Assembly: GCF_006345805.1 (NCBI RefSeq)
Contig: NC_043001.1
Coordinates: 28,334,001-28,398,000, forward strand
Length of the DNA: 64,000 nt
Reading direction: 5' to 3'
Source: Octopus sinensis
Taxonomy: Eukaryota
Position 1 is the stretch's first letter; every line of letters starts with the position of its first letter. The notes below the pieces were generated by a model that saw only the letters and a program-made list of their open reading frames with translations, ran no database searches and had not been told where the DNA came from. The position numbers were made by a program, and so were the translations under genes. This document shows positions 25,100-36,618 of this stretch, piece after piece.

Positions 25100-25470
25100 C
25101 CGTGACGCAATTAAGTCTGCCAGAAATTTGGAAACGACAATCTGTACTGCTTGGCATTCAAGCCGGAAGCTCCAATACAAACATTTCAGAGTGTTTGGGT
25201 GTCAATCTGAGGAGAGTGCAATCTGAGGACATGTACTGAGAGTGGTAAAAATCAAACATCTAGTCAACATCATGGTGTTTGGAGTGATCACTAGTGATGG
25301 CGACGTTATGTCGCCATTCATCTTTCCACATGGCCACAGACTCAACAAGACGGCACACATCAAGTGCCTAGAGGAGGTAGTGCTGCCCTTGGTCAAGAGA
25401 GTGGCTGCTGGAAGACTCTATGTCTGGCAACAGGACTCTGCACTATGCCACACAAACAGGAGGACCCAGT
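25100..25470 (+). pseudogene. Internally deleted DD37D (maT/mori-type) Tc1/mariner transposase
   Basis: PEIWKRQSVLLGIQAGSSNTNISECLGV then KHLVNIMVFGVITSDGDVMSPFIFPHGHRLN..YVWQQDSALCHTNRRTQ. Confidence 0.8.
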
Positions 25471-25474
25471 GATT

Positions 25475-25855
25475 AGCATGCCGGGAGAAATGCGTAGCCG
25501 TATTTCGTCTGAGTTCAAATTCCGCCGAGGTCGACTTTGCCTTTCATCCTTTCGAGGTCGATAAATCAAGTACCAGTTACGCACTGGGGTCGATGTAATC
25601 GACTTAATCCCTTTGTCTGTCCTTGTTTGTCCCCTCTGTGTTTAGCCCCTTGTGGGTAGTAAAGAAATAGGTATTTCGTTTGTCTTTACGTTCTGAATTC
25701 AAATTCCGCCGTGGTCGACTTTGCCTTTTATTCTTTCAGGGTCGATAAATTAAGTACCTTCTGCGTACTGGGGTCGATATAATCGAGTGGCTCCCTCCCC
25801 CAAAATGTCGGGCCTTGTGCCTAGAGTAGAAAAGAATATACAAAGATCTATCAAG
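25475..25855 (+). mobile_element. SINE-B head-to-tail dimer; second unit has a different tail variant
   Basis: Junction gtaaagaaatag|gtatttcg; second unit ends ...gggccttgtgcctagagtagaaaagaat. Confidence 0.85.
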
Positions 25856-25989
25856 AAAATTCGGAAAATACGGGTGGATTTTTTGAAAAATTGTACACTC
25901 GTGGTTTGGGAATTGAGGTTTTAAGAGATCAGCTTGCATTCGGTGTGAAACCCAGATTACCCGTATGATTGTTCCTATGTTGTATTGTT

Positions 25990-27180
25990 ATTTTGAACAT
26001 TCTTATTCAGATCGATACGTCCACTGCCATACCTCGATCTTTGATTCTCTAATTTCTCCTATTGGTACGGCATTTCCTTAGTTTTTTCCTAATTCTTGAT
26101 AAAATTGTTTGGGTAGGATATAACTATTTATTTCATGCAAATTTGCACGTCATAACGATAAGTTCTCTGTGATTAAACGTGGATGGTTTGTTTCATGCAT
26201 TTTTTGATTTGGGGTACTTATTTTCATACATTTTATTTCATTAAGTTCTTTCATTCGCTTTCTCTCTTTATCGTTTTAATTTGTGTATCCTTAAAATTGA
26301 TTGTGTTAAGGGCTGCAATATATTCTTTATTTTCTAGCATTTTTACTTCTATTTCACATTGTTTGCTAGGCTTCTAATATTCCAATAAACATATTTTAAT
26401 GAATACCAATATTTTTTCTATAACTATTGCAGCTGTTACATATATTAACTTGTTTAACTTGGTGATATTTATGCTCATGTCTGCTTCTATTAAATCAGTG
26501 CGGCTGTTACATACATTAGTTTGTTTCACCTGGCGATATTTATGGTCATGTGTCCTTTTGTTTTGTTTGTCATTTCAGCTTTAGAATTTTCTATTGTTAA
26601 GTCATATTCTTTTTCAATCATATTTTTCATGTCGTCTGTTTCGGTATATTTTCATTATTTACATTTGACGGATATTTGTCCTCATCGGGATAAATATCCG
26701 TCAAATGTAAATAATGTACGTAATTCCTCATTTCTTAAAGATAGAATTGTATTTCGGTTTTGTTAATCATTATACTGTTGTTTATTTAGGATTAAGTTTT
26801 GTTTCCATTTATTATCTATCTTCTCTATTTTGCACATGTTAGCTTTATCTTCCTGATATATGTCTGCTCAATAATTTTATGTTTCATGTGTATTTCTATT
26901 TGGATTTCGAATATTTTTCTTTGCTTTTCTCTTTTGTTTTATGAATGTATTTTCTTAAGTTAGCTATCGGAGCCCAACTTTACGTTCAGATCCGCGTTCA
27001 TTTCTCTCCAAGTTTTACCAAAGCATTCTATGTTAGTTTCGTCTTGAGGTCGAATGTCGCCGTAAAATATGCATATATTTTTGTTTGGGGGCTTCAGAAT
27101 ATGTCCAGTTCTTTATTTAGATTGTCATCAACAATATGAAGTAGTAGTTTGTTTCCGACGATGTCCATCTTATGAATAGT
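25990..27180 (-). pseudogene. Highly degenerate R4/Dong-like retrotransposon, region N-terminal to RT
   Basis: Minus-strand patches LIEADMSINITKLNKLIYVTAAIV, EIEVKM, KRMKELNEIK, PKQFYQELGK; internal ~70-bp tandem duplication. Confidence 0.55.
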
Positions 27181-27289
27181 TACTATTGCTTTTCGTTGCT
27201 ACTGCTGTTGTTGTTGTTCTTCTTCATCTTTTTCTTCCTTTTTTTGTTGGAATACCTGGAGTTTTGCATGCATTGTGGGATTGCTGACT

Positions 27290-27590
27290 GTTGCCTATAT
27301 GATTTGGTAGACGGAAACTGAAAGAAGCTCGTCGTATATATGTTTATATATATATATATGTGTGTGTGTATGTTTGTGTGTCTGTGTTTATCCCCCCCCC
27401 CAACATCGCTTGACAAGCGATAGTGGTGCGTTTACGTCCCCGTAACTTAGCGGTTCGGCAAAAGAGACCGATAGAATAAGTACTAGGCTTACAAAGAATA
27501 AGTACTGGGGTCGATTTGCTCGACTAAAGGCGGTGCTCCAGCATGGCCACAGTCAAATGAATGAAACAAGTAAAAGAGTAAAAGAGTAGC
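27290..27590 (+). mobile_element. SINE-A, 3' two-thirds
   Basis: Family A match. Confidence 0.85.
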
Positions 27591-28011
27591 GGACACAAAT
27601 TCTTCACAGTATTCAGTGACACCCCTTTAGATATTCAGCTCCATTACTACCAATATCGATCTTGCCCTTTAATTGTATCAGAGATCGATAATGTACGTAA
27701 CAGTAATGTAATTGGGTAGATTAAATCGATTTTACATGTCTCATTTTGTTTTTTTTTTTCTTTTTGGTGTTTGCCTAACTGCCAACGTGATACATCATTG
27801 CATCCTCCAAACTGGTTTTCGATTTCCGCTCAGAAACATTTCCCATGTAGATGAGTCAATGTCACATAGACAAAACGGCATCAAAGTTACATGACCTCAT
27901 CTCCTATCAGTAATCATAAAACATGTAGCACATATTGATAGGGCCCTGGAAATGGTGGTGCTAACAACAGCCGTCTGACCATCCTCATAACCCTATAATT
28001 ATTGTTGTTAC

Positions 28012-28067
<56 letters not shown>

Positions 28068-28434
28068 TATTATCTTTATCTTTATCGTTATCATTCTGAC
28101 AGCTCTATCGACGTGAACATACAATTTTCCCATTACATCGTTAAGTTCATTAAAACAGGCAATCACGCAGCTAACTTTCAATTTCCACTACTGTATCAAT
28201 TTATAGCGTGAACAAGCAATTACTTTTGAGTACAAGTGTTTAAGTAGAAAGTCAGACAGATAAATTAATATAGGAGAGAGAGAGAAAGAGAAAGAGTGAT
28301 TGAGAGAGAGAAAGAGAAAGAAAGAAAGAAATATAAAGAGAGTGAAAGGAAAAATTAAAGAGAATAAAGAAATACAAATACGTAGAGCTTTCGAATGAAA
28401 ATTTGTCAGCAGTTTCCATATCTATTGCTAATAT

Positions 28435-29370
28435 CTAATGCTGGGGAGAAGACGAGAGAGATATGCGGTGATATATATATGGAAGATCTTGTAGGGTTAG
28501 CTCCCAATTTTGGAATTGACAGCTATACCAATCCTCGAACTGGACGGCACTGCATCATACCAAAGATCTCTTCTCCATCTAGAACAAGGACACAATACTA
28601 CAATAGTCTGGGTTTCCGGGTGCCCGCAATTGTTCAATAGCCTTCCAGGCAGACTTAGAGATCTACATGGTGTTGATGTGGAAGTTTTCAAGGAAGGTCT
28701 TGACAGGTTTCTATCTGAGATACCAGATGAATCCACATCGCTGCAGGAGATGCAAAGAAGTGCAGCTCCGTCCAACTCGTACTTCACCAAAAACAATACC
28801 GGAAACAATACCGGAAACAATACCGGAAACAATACCGGAAACAATACCGGAAACAATACCGGAAACAATACCGGAAACAATACCGGAAACAATACCGGAA
28901 ACAATACCGGAAACAATACCGGAAACAATACCGGAAACAATACCGGAAACAATACCGGAAACAATACCGGAAACAATACCGGAACAATACCGGAAACAAT
29001 ACCGGAAAAAACAACCGGAAACAATACCGGAAACAATACCGGAAACAATACCGGAAACAATACCGGAAACAATACCGAAACAATACCGGAAACAATACCG
29101 GAAACAATACCGGAAACAATACCGGAAACAATACCGGAAACAATACCGGAAACAATACCGGAAACAATACCGGAAACAATACCGGAAACAATACCGGAAA
29201 CAATACCGGAAACAATACCGGAAACAATACCGGAAACAATACCGGAAACAATACCGGAAACAATACCGGAAACAATACCGGAAACAATACCGGAAACAAT
29301 ACTACCGAGTAACTACGTGTGGTGCACCAGCATGTCCTCAGCTCCGAGCTGAAGCCAGTAAAATAAAAGA
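28435..29370 (+). mobile_element. 5'-truncated CR1/L2-group LINE 3' end interrupted by a 12-bp minisatellite
   Basis: RRRERYAVIYIWKIL*GLAPNFGIDSYTNPRTGRHC...PQLFNSLPGRLRDLHGVDVEVFKEGLDRFLSEIPDE...AAPSNS; 3' tail ggtgcaccagcatg..ctgaagccagtaaaataaaagataaaag. Confidence 0.8.
28791..29300. repeat. Minisatellite (AACAATACCGGA) x ~42
   Basis: Near-perfect 12-bp period; only three variant units (near 28981, 29005 and 29075). Confidence 0.98.
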
Positions 29371-29389
29371 TAAAAGATGTATGTTATAT

Positions 29390-29449
<60 letters not shown>

Positions 29450-29747
29450 TATGCGCATAACAAAAAGAACCTGCTTAACACGAAATATATATATATATAC
29501 ATACATGCGTGTATATGTATGTATATATATATAAGGGTAGCTAAAATATGTATGGGCCAAGTAAAGGAGCTGGCTTTATAGACTACACGTGTCTACAGTA
29601 ATATGTAGTCTTGTTGCCCAAAATTGAGATTTATTATTATCTAGGCCGCATCAAGACCGTGGACTATCGGACAGAAGAGGAAAAGGCATTATTCTATTTC
29701 ATTCTTTTACATCCTGAATTGAAATTCTACCAGGTATACATATATAT

Positions 29748-29910
29748 ATATGAGGCTGAGTCAAAATGTTATGCCAGTTTAGGACATACTCCAACACATA
29801 CTCCAACACAGGAGTATGTATCATACATCACCGTTTCTGGGGCAGGGGTACATGCTCTCATTCGAAGGTGGAACATTGCTATTGAGAGAAACGGTGACTA
29901 TGTTAAGAAG
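29748..29910 (+). mobile_element. Internally deleted mariner remnant
   Basis: tatgaggctgagtcaaaa TIR-like start; GVHALIRRWNIAIERNGDYVKK C-terminal motif. Confidence 0.6.
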
Positions 29911-30044
29911 TAGGAATGTGATCCACAGAGGACCAGCTTCAGTCCCACTGCGTGGCACCTTGGGCAAGTGTCTTCTACTATAGCTTCAGGCCGACCAAAG
30001 CCTTGTGAGTGGATTTGGTCGACGGAAACTGAAAGAAGCCCGTC

Positions 30045-30086
<42 letters not shown>

Positions 30087-30315
30087 ATATATGTGTGTGT
30101 GTGTTTGTGTGTCTGTGTTTGTCTCCCCAACATCGCTTGACAACCGATGCTGGTGTGTTTACGTCCCCGTTACTTAGCGGTTCGGCAAAAGAGACCGATA
30201 GGATAAGTACTAGGCTTACAAAGAATAAGTCCTGGGGTCGATTTGCTCGACTAAAAGGCGGTGCTCCAACATGGCCGCAGTCAAATGACTGAAACAAGTA
30301 AAAGAGATAAAAGAG

Positions 30316-30318
<3 letters not shown>
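29905..30318 (+). mobile_element. SINE family A
   Basis: Family A match. Confidence 0.85.
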
Positions 30319-30366
<48 letters not shown>

Positions 30367-30549
30367 TAATTATAATTATAATTTAGGGTATCTAAGAGAT
30401 ACTACCACGCTTGAAATAGCAGCCAAAACTTGACTCTAAAACCACATTAAAAGTTCATACAGCACTAGGAGAGAAAACAAAAAGACAAAATGAACTAGCA
30501 AAAAATTACTGGATAATTCCAGATCCCGGATTTCTGACTCTGCATAGGA

Positions 30550-30922
30550 AATGCTTTGAAATTTGTTAAAATATTTTCGCCGCTTGGAGACCGCGACCTG
30601 TTCACTGACAAAATTCCGTGCTGCAAGCTAACCCTCCAAGATCTTCCAAATATATATCCCCGCATATCTCTCTCGTCTTCTCTCCAGCATTAGATATCAG
30701 CAATAGATATAGAAACTGCTGACAAATTTTCATTCGAAAGAAGCTCTAGGTATTTGTATTTGTAATTTCCGAGATGCAGCACAGAATTTTGTCAATGAAC
30801 AGGTTTCGGTCTCCAAGCGACGAAAATATTTTGACAAATTAAATTTAAATGTTGAAGTGAATCTAACGGTTTTTGTGTGTTTCTTAAATTGCTTATAAAC
30901 ACCTTCCACGCTGCAATTGTTA
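30550..30922. mobile_element. PLE-end family P4: + copy at 30775-30922 and inverted partial copy at 30550-30627, enclosing a captured LINE fragment
   Basis: ~70-bp inverted arms; 30625-30762 is the revcomp of 28372-28502; ends in (TA)n. Confidence 0.6.
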
Positions 30923-30970
30923 TATATATATATATATATATATACATACATACATACATACATACATACA

Positions 30971-31001
<31 letters not shown>

Positions 31002-31919
31002 CTCTTTCATAAGAGATGTAGCTGTAATATAGTGGGAACAAGAGAATCGATACTAGTTGTTCCCTTAAAACTGGCCAGTGAAAAATAAATCGTTATTCTA
31101 GAAGTGTAATTGATGAAAGTTGTCTGCGTATTGACCTCAGTTTGTTGCCTACTCCGAAAAGAGGAGTTTAATCGGAAATTGGTATTCAACTGATACTTAG
31201 TCAATGACCTTCATCTGGTTGCTATCATTCCCTAATGAGGAAAATCTAAATACATAAATTTATTAACAACAATAAAGAAAATACTTTCTCTAGACTTTCT
31301 GGTTGTCTGGAATTGGCTAATTAGAATCTGTGTGCCGGCTGAAGCTAATGCTAATATGAAACAAGAGTCCATCAGAAAATGGTGTTCGCCGGCTGGTAAC
31401 AGCTTAAGTGTCAACGACTTTGTAAATGTGTTCATTGCTCCTTAAAAGCTGGTACAGATATAATATTGCCGTATTAACGCCAAATAGTCATTATTATTAA
31501 CTTAAAAAACGATTAGCATAGAGTAATCAAGTTATTTGAACTTTGCAGATTCGTTAACCTCTTGCTGATGTGGGCTTTACAAATGAATATTGATTAGTTT
31601 TTAATCACGAATCTGAGCATTATCAGAAAAGCGAACGGAACGGAACGGAATGGAACTGAAGACCAGAATTTGTATCGCGTGGATGTTGCTTTATTTCAAC
31701 ATGACGGTGTTGTATGAGCCATAATACGGTTAATTATTCGTCAGATTTTTATAAGTGTATTAACTCGATCTATATCGAAGGTGTGGATTTTATAAGACCA
31801 TTCTCTGATAATGTTGATTTTATAACCATCTGTCAGTTCCTCTCTCTCTCTCTCTCTTTCACCTCTCTTGCTCTCTCTCTCTCCTTCTCCTTGCACGTGC
31901 ATTATCTCATACACACACA

Positions 31920-31981
<62 letters not shown>

Positions 31982-32015
31982 TGGGTGGGTGTGTGTGTGT
32001 GTGTGTGTGTACACT

Positions 32016-32151
32016 TTTATTAAAGCTGCAAAACATCACAAAAAACTGCTACTCTGAGTTTCGGAAACGTGAGATTCAGAGTAACTCTACCCTTGGTATT
32101 CGAGTACTACGTTTTTCCACCTTGTTTTGCATTTCTGCGTTTACTCGTGTA
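32016..32151. mobile_element. PLE-end family P2, fold-back form
   Basis: Same family as 48311-48530; tactctgagtttc / gagattcagagta inversion around ggaaacgt. Confidence 0.65.
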
Positions 32152-32311
32152 TATATATATATATATAAATATGAATATATGTGTATATATATGTAAATAT
32201 ATTATGTATACACATGGTCACACATTAATGCACACACATACACGCATGCAGACACATGTATACATACACATACACACACATAAATACACACATATATATA
32301 TAATACATATA

Positions 32312-32411
32312 CCACTGCGTAGCACCTTGGGCAAGTGTCTTCTACTATAGCCTCAACCCGACCAAGGCCTTGTGAGTGGATATGGCAGACGGAAACAGAA
32401 GGAATCCCGTC

Positions 32412-32443
<32 letters not shown>

Positions 32444-32690
32444 TTATGTGTGTGTTCCTTGTGCCTGTGTCTGTTTTCACCACCACCACCATCGCTTGAC
32501 AACTGATGTTGGTGTATTTACGTCACTGTAGCTTAGTGGTTCGGCAAAAGAAACCGATAGAAAAAGAACTACGCTTATAAAAAAATAAGTCGTGGGGGTC
32601 GATTTCTTCGATTAAAATCTTTTTAAGATGGAGCTCCAGCATGGCCACAGTCAAATGATTGAAACAAGTAGAACAATAACAGAATAAAAG
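32312..32690 (+). mobile_element. SINE family A
   Basis: Family A match. Confidence 0.85.
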
Positions 32691-32937
32691 GTTATACGTG
32701 TCGGTGGATGTGTGTAGATAAAAAGAGAAAGTCCGTGACATTGATAACTCTCAACTTAAAAATTTTCTTTATCTACTCATCTGGGATAGCAGGGTTGAAG
32801 AAAGAAACACCTGAACCTCGTGAACATCATGCTTTCCCAATGATGATATTGGAAGATGAAAAAATAATAGCAACTACAGAATAGCAACTACAGAATTGAA
32901 ACCGGATTACGAAAACCGTATTGCGTTTTAGCATATA

Positions 32938-33166
32938 TTTCTTTACTAACCACAAGGGGCTAAGCACAGAGGGAACAAACAAGGACAGACAAAGGGATTA
33001 AGTAAATTACATCGACCCAGTGCGTAACTGGTACTTAATTTATCGACCCCGAAAAATGAAAAGCAAAGTCGACCTCGGCGGAATTTGAACTCGGAACGTA
33101 ACGACAGACAAAAAACACGGCTACTCAATTCGCCCGGCGTGCGAATTGAGTAGCCAGCTCGCCGCC
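32938..33166 (-). mobile_element. SINE family B with ~19-bp TSD, inserted in a ~60-bp tandem repeat
   Basis: tattgcgttttagYatata on both sides; atagcaact.cagaattgaaaccggatt.cgaaaaccgtat repeated at ~32880 and ~33190. Confidence 0.85.
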
Positions 33167-33896
33167 TTATTGCGTTTTAGTATATACATGAATAGCAACT
33201 GCAGAATTGAAACCGGATTGCGAAAACCGTATCGCGTTTATGTATATACGTGTGCACCCATATATTTTTCTGAATGCTTATACATCCAACTTTTGTATCA
33301 CCCACTGAATACAGAAACTAATTAAAAGAAAGAAATCTTTTTTCGTGTATCTATGACAATATGATGAAATGATAGCAAGGCGATTTGACGAATCATGAAT
33401 GGATCTTTCCTTAATCTTCAATTATAATGGTTTATAGATCTTTATAATAACATATCGATAAAATATATAATGGAAGATTAAGAAAAATATTAATCTATAA
33501 GATATTATTTTTTGAATTTCGTTTTCTTTCTATTTATTCATTTCATTTATATATAGGTATATTGGCAATTTGTGAGTCGCAAAAGATGCAGCAGATAGAC
33601 TCCCCACAATAGATTTCTCCTGTCAATGATCGCTCCTTGTTGTTAATGATGCAAAACTGTATTCTTAGCAAAGACACTCACCAAATCAAACTGTTCTCTG
33701 AGTTAAAATATCTTTATAAAGTAGCTCAATCTACTGGCAAAAATGTTACCAGATTTTCATGATTGATAGAAGCGGAAGAAGAAACCGCACAACTCTTGGG
33801 CCGCTGCATCAAGACGTAATTTAAGGAAGTGCGCTCTCATAACTATGTAACTACTTACACATAAGCGCACGCCTCCCCGCACACATATATATGTAT

Positions 33897-34110
33897 ATAA
33901 CGGGAAGTTTTATGAAAATAAACAAAAGACGAAGGCAGGTGGAATACAAACAAACAATTGTATTAGTATGGCACTCAGAAATATAAATAAAACAAGTCTT
34001 TTACGTTTCGAGCCTACGCTCTTCAACAGAAAGATACACAGAAAAGAAACACGGAAAGAAACAAGGAGAGAAAAAAATGCGTGCAGAAGCTAGCGAATCA
34101 ACATGGCGAT
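33897..34110 (-). mobile_element. PLE-end family P1 with hammerhead-like motif (33997-34034)
   Basis: ucuuu-CUGUUGA-A-gagc(guag)gcuc-GAA-ACGU-A-aaaga. Confidence 0.7.
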
Positions 34111-34175
34111 ATATGTATATATGCAGTTTCGCTCATGGGGCGGTTATCTCCCTTGTTAATATGTGTGTGTATATG

Positions 34176-34243
<68 letters not shown>

Positions 34244-34679
34244 CACATACATGTAGAGACGATGGGCTCTTGGAGCTAATCAACGACAGCATTCGTCTTA
34301 TATTCCTGGACTGTCATGTTAGCTTGGCGATAACTATTCATACCCAGTACTGCTGCCGTAGTCTCCTTTAGAGAGATTTAGAAACAATAATATTTATATA
34401 TATAATCATTCAAAACAAAGTAAGAAAACGGAGATATAGCATTTAATAAAAATTTATTATCTGCAAAGATCAAGCATAAATGCTATATTTCCATTTTCTT
34501 GCTTTCTTTTGAATGGTAATAAACCACGATTTATATATAAACCTATTGTTTTATGAATATCATTATTCACAACAAATATTATGTATTGAACCAGTAATTC
34601 ATTTGATGATACCATCCCTTAATGAGGCTAATTCAACTTCTGACTGAATTCATATACATACGTATATTTACATACTATG

Positions 34680-35030
34680 TTCTGTTTCAGTTATTAGACT
34701 TCGGCCACGCCCTTGAATTTTTAGTCGAACTAATCACCCCAATCCTTTTTTAAAAGACTGGTACTTATTCTATTTTTCCCTTTTGCTGGACTACTATTTT
34801 ACAGGCAGGTAAACACACCAACACTGGTTATCATGACTCGGTGGGGGACAAACACAGACAGACAGACACACACATACACATACATAGGAGGCCTTCTTTC
34901 AGTTTCCGTCTACAAAATCCACTCGCTAACTTTTGATCAGCCTGAGGCTATAGTAAAAGGCACTTGCCATGCAGTGGGACTGAACCCGGAATCGTGTGGT
35001 TGGGAAGCAAGCTTCTTACCACAGAGCCAA
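34680..35030 (-). mobile_element. SINE family A, diverged
   Basis: Family A match. Confidence 0.8.
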
Positions 35031-35223
35031 ATTCAAGACATGTTAAAACTCAGTATCACACTAAGTAAATAGTTAGATATCTAACTTAAGAAGACAGTAT
35101 CGTCTTGGTGTTGTAATATGTATTTACACTTCTATAACATGCACTCGAGCCTTCCATTTTATTCTACTGCACATTTATTTCCCGTTTCGACTTTTAAATT
35201 TCATCGTTACATTTTCTTCTTAC

Positions 35224-35290
35224 CTTTCAGTCATACTGTCTAAATATCGTATGCCTTCATTTTTCATCGTCCGCCATCTTGTTCTTATTC
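35224..35290 (-). other. Candidate first exon or promoter-proximal element
   Basis: Minus strand CAAGATGGCGG (YY1/Kozak-like) followed ~50 nt later by AAG|GTAAGA; lies in non-repeat sequence. Confidence 0.25.
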
Positions 35291-35807
35291 TGTTGTTCTT
35301 AATTTAATTAAGATCTGCTGTAGTAGCTGATAAACAGATTCCGGAAACGATTAGTATCCAATGTTAAATTTTCACTTGATAGCTTTGAGCTTATTTTCGT
35401 GACTTTAGAACCAGTTAAAGCATTAAAGACCCATAGAAAGCCGTGTTTACTTTACGAATTACAAGTTAAAACTTATTTATTTGTTTGCAGCATTACTTGA
35501 AAAATTTTTATCATACCTCACAGCAAATATTACTTAATACATTTTAATTAATAAACCAATTCTTTTTTCCTCTTCATAAGATTGAAACATTTTAGAGCGT
35601 TTTATAACCCCGAGAGAATATTGTTTCGATAACAGCTGCCTCAGAGTGGGCACGGTTAAAATTTAAGACGATCGTCAAAAGGCAATATTCCAATCTCAAA
35701 ATGCGATTTCAGTGATATCAACTCCCATATTAATTAAGTTCATGCCAATTGTATTTCCAAAAATAAATGCTACATAATTTGGCTTTTAGTATTTTAAGGC
35801 GGCGAGC

Positions 35808-35945
35808 TGGCAGAATCGATAGCACGCTGGGCACAACGCCTGGCGGCATTTCGTTCATCTTTACGTTCTCAGTTCAAATTCAGCCGAAGTCGATAAAATA
35901 AATACCAGTTGAGTACTGGGATCGATGTAATCGACTTACCCTCTC
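35808..35945 (+). mobile_element. SINE-B, internally deleted
   Basis: aggcggcgagctggcagaatcg head. Confidence 0.8.
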
Positions 35946-36394
35946 CTATGTGTGTGTGTGTGTGCGCGCGCGTGTTCATGCGTGTGCTCCTGCCTGTATG
36001 TTGCCGTTCTCAGTTTTTCTCTTCCTACTAAACTGATGTTGATAACCGAGATGGAGTAGATTTGTATTTTCTTCCAATGATCTGGGGTTATAGGGCGATA
36101 ATGTACCCAGCTTTGTAACGATTACCGCATAGCATACGAGTATACATCAGTGAAACATGTGTCAAGATTATGTATTTCGTAATGCTATAATAGGAAAAAA
36201 AATCTCCAATATTATTTTGGATGTGTGGTAAGAAGTCTGCTTCCAATCCTCATAGTTCCAGGTTCAGTCCCAGTGCATGAGACCATCAGGCATCAGCCTG
36301 CCACCGGCGTCGTCGAGTAGAGTCTTCATGCCACGTAGTGCGTCTTTGTTTTACAGTGCTTCCCTCCTGTTCGTCGATTTTTGCGATGATTTAA

Positions 36395-36614
36395 CCCTTT
36401 AGTGTTCAGAGTACTCTGTTAAATGCAATACTTTTTCACTCAAATTGTTTTGAATGAATCATGCATAATGTTATATCTTTGAGGTTTCAACGATGTGATT
36501 GTCTATTTTTAGAATGTCAATGTAGGTTAGGTGTAAGAGGCTGGATATGGCCAGTTTGAATATAAAACATGTAGAATATCTGGGCCAGATATGGCCGGTT
36601 TAAACACTAAAGGG
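36395..36614. mobile_element. piggyBac-type MITE
   Basis: TTAA TSD (36391-36394, 36615-36618); termini ccctttagtgtt / aacactaaaggg. Confidence 0.85.
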
Positions 36615-36618
36615 TTAA

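Noticed and set aside
28791-29300. CRISPR-like array
   Set aside because: Contiguous tandem units with no spacers; eukaryotic context; no cas genes.
28510-29401. 280-aa and 244-aa ORFs with NTGN / IPET / YRKQ repeats as a novel repeat protein
   Set aside because: The 12-bp unit has no stop in any frame; the non-repeat part is a frameshifted LINE C-terminus.
33682-33735. Minus-strand exon bounded by tttttgccag and gtgagt
   Set aside because: Stops in all three frames; unsupported as a coding exon.
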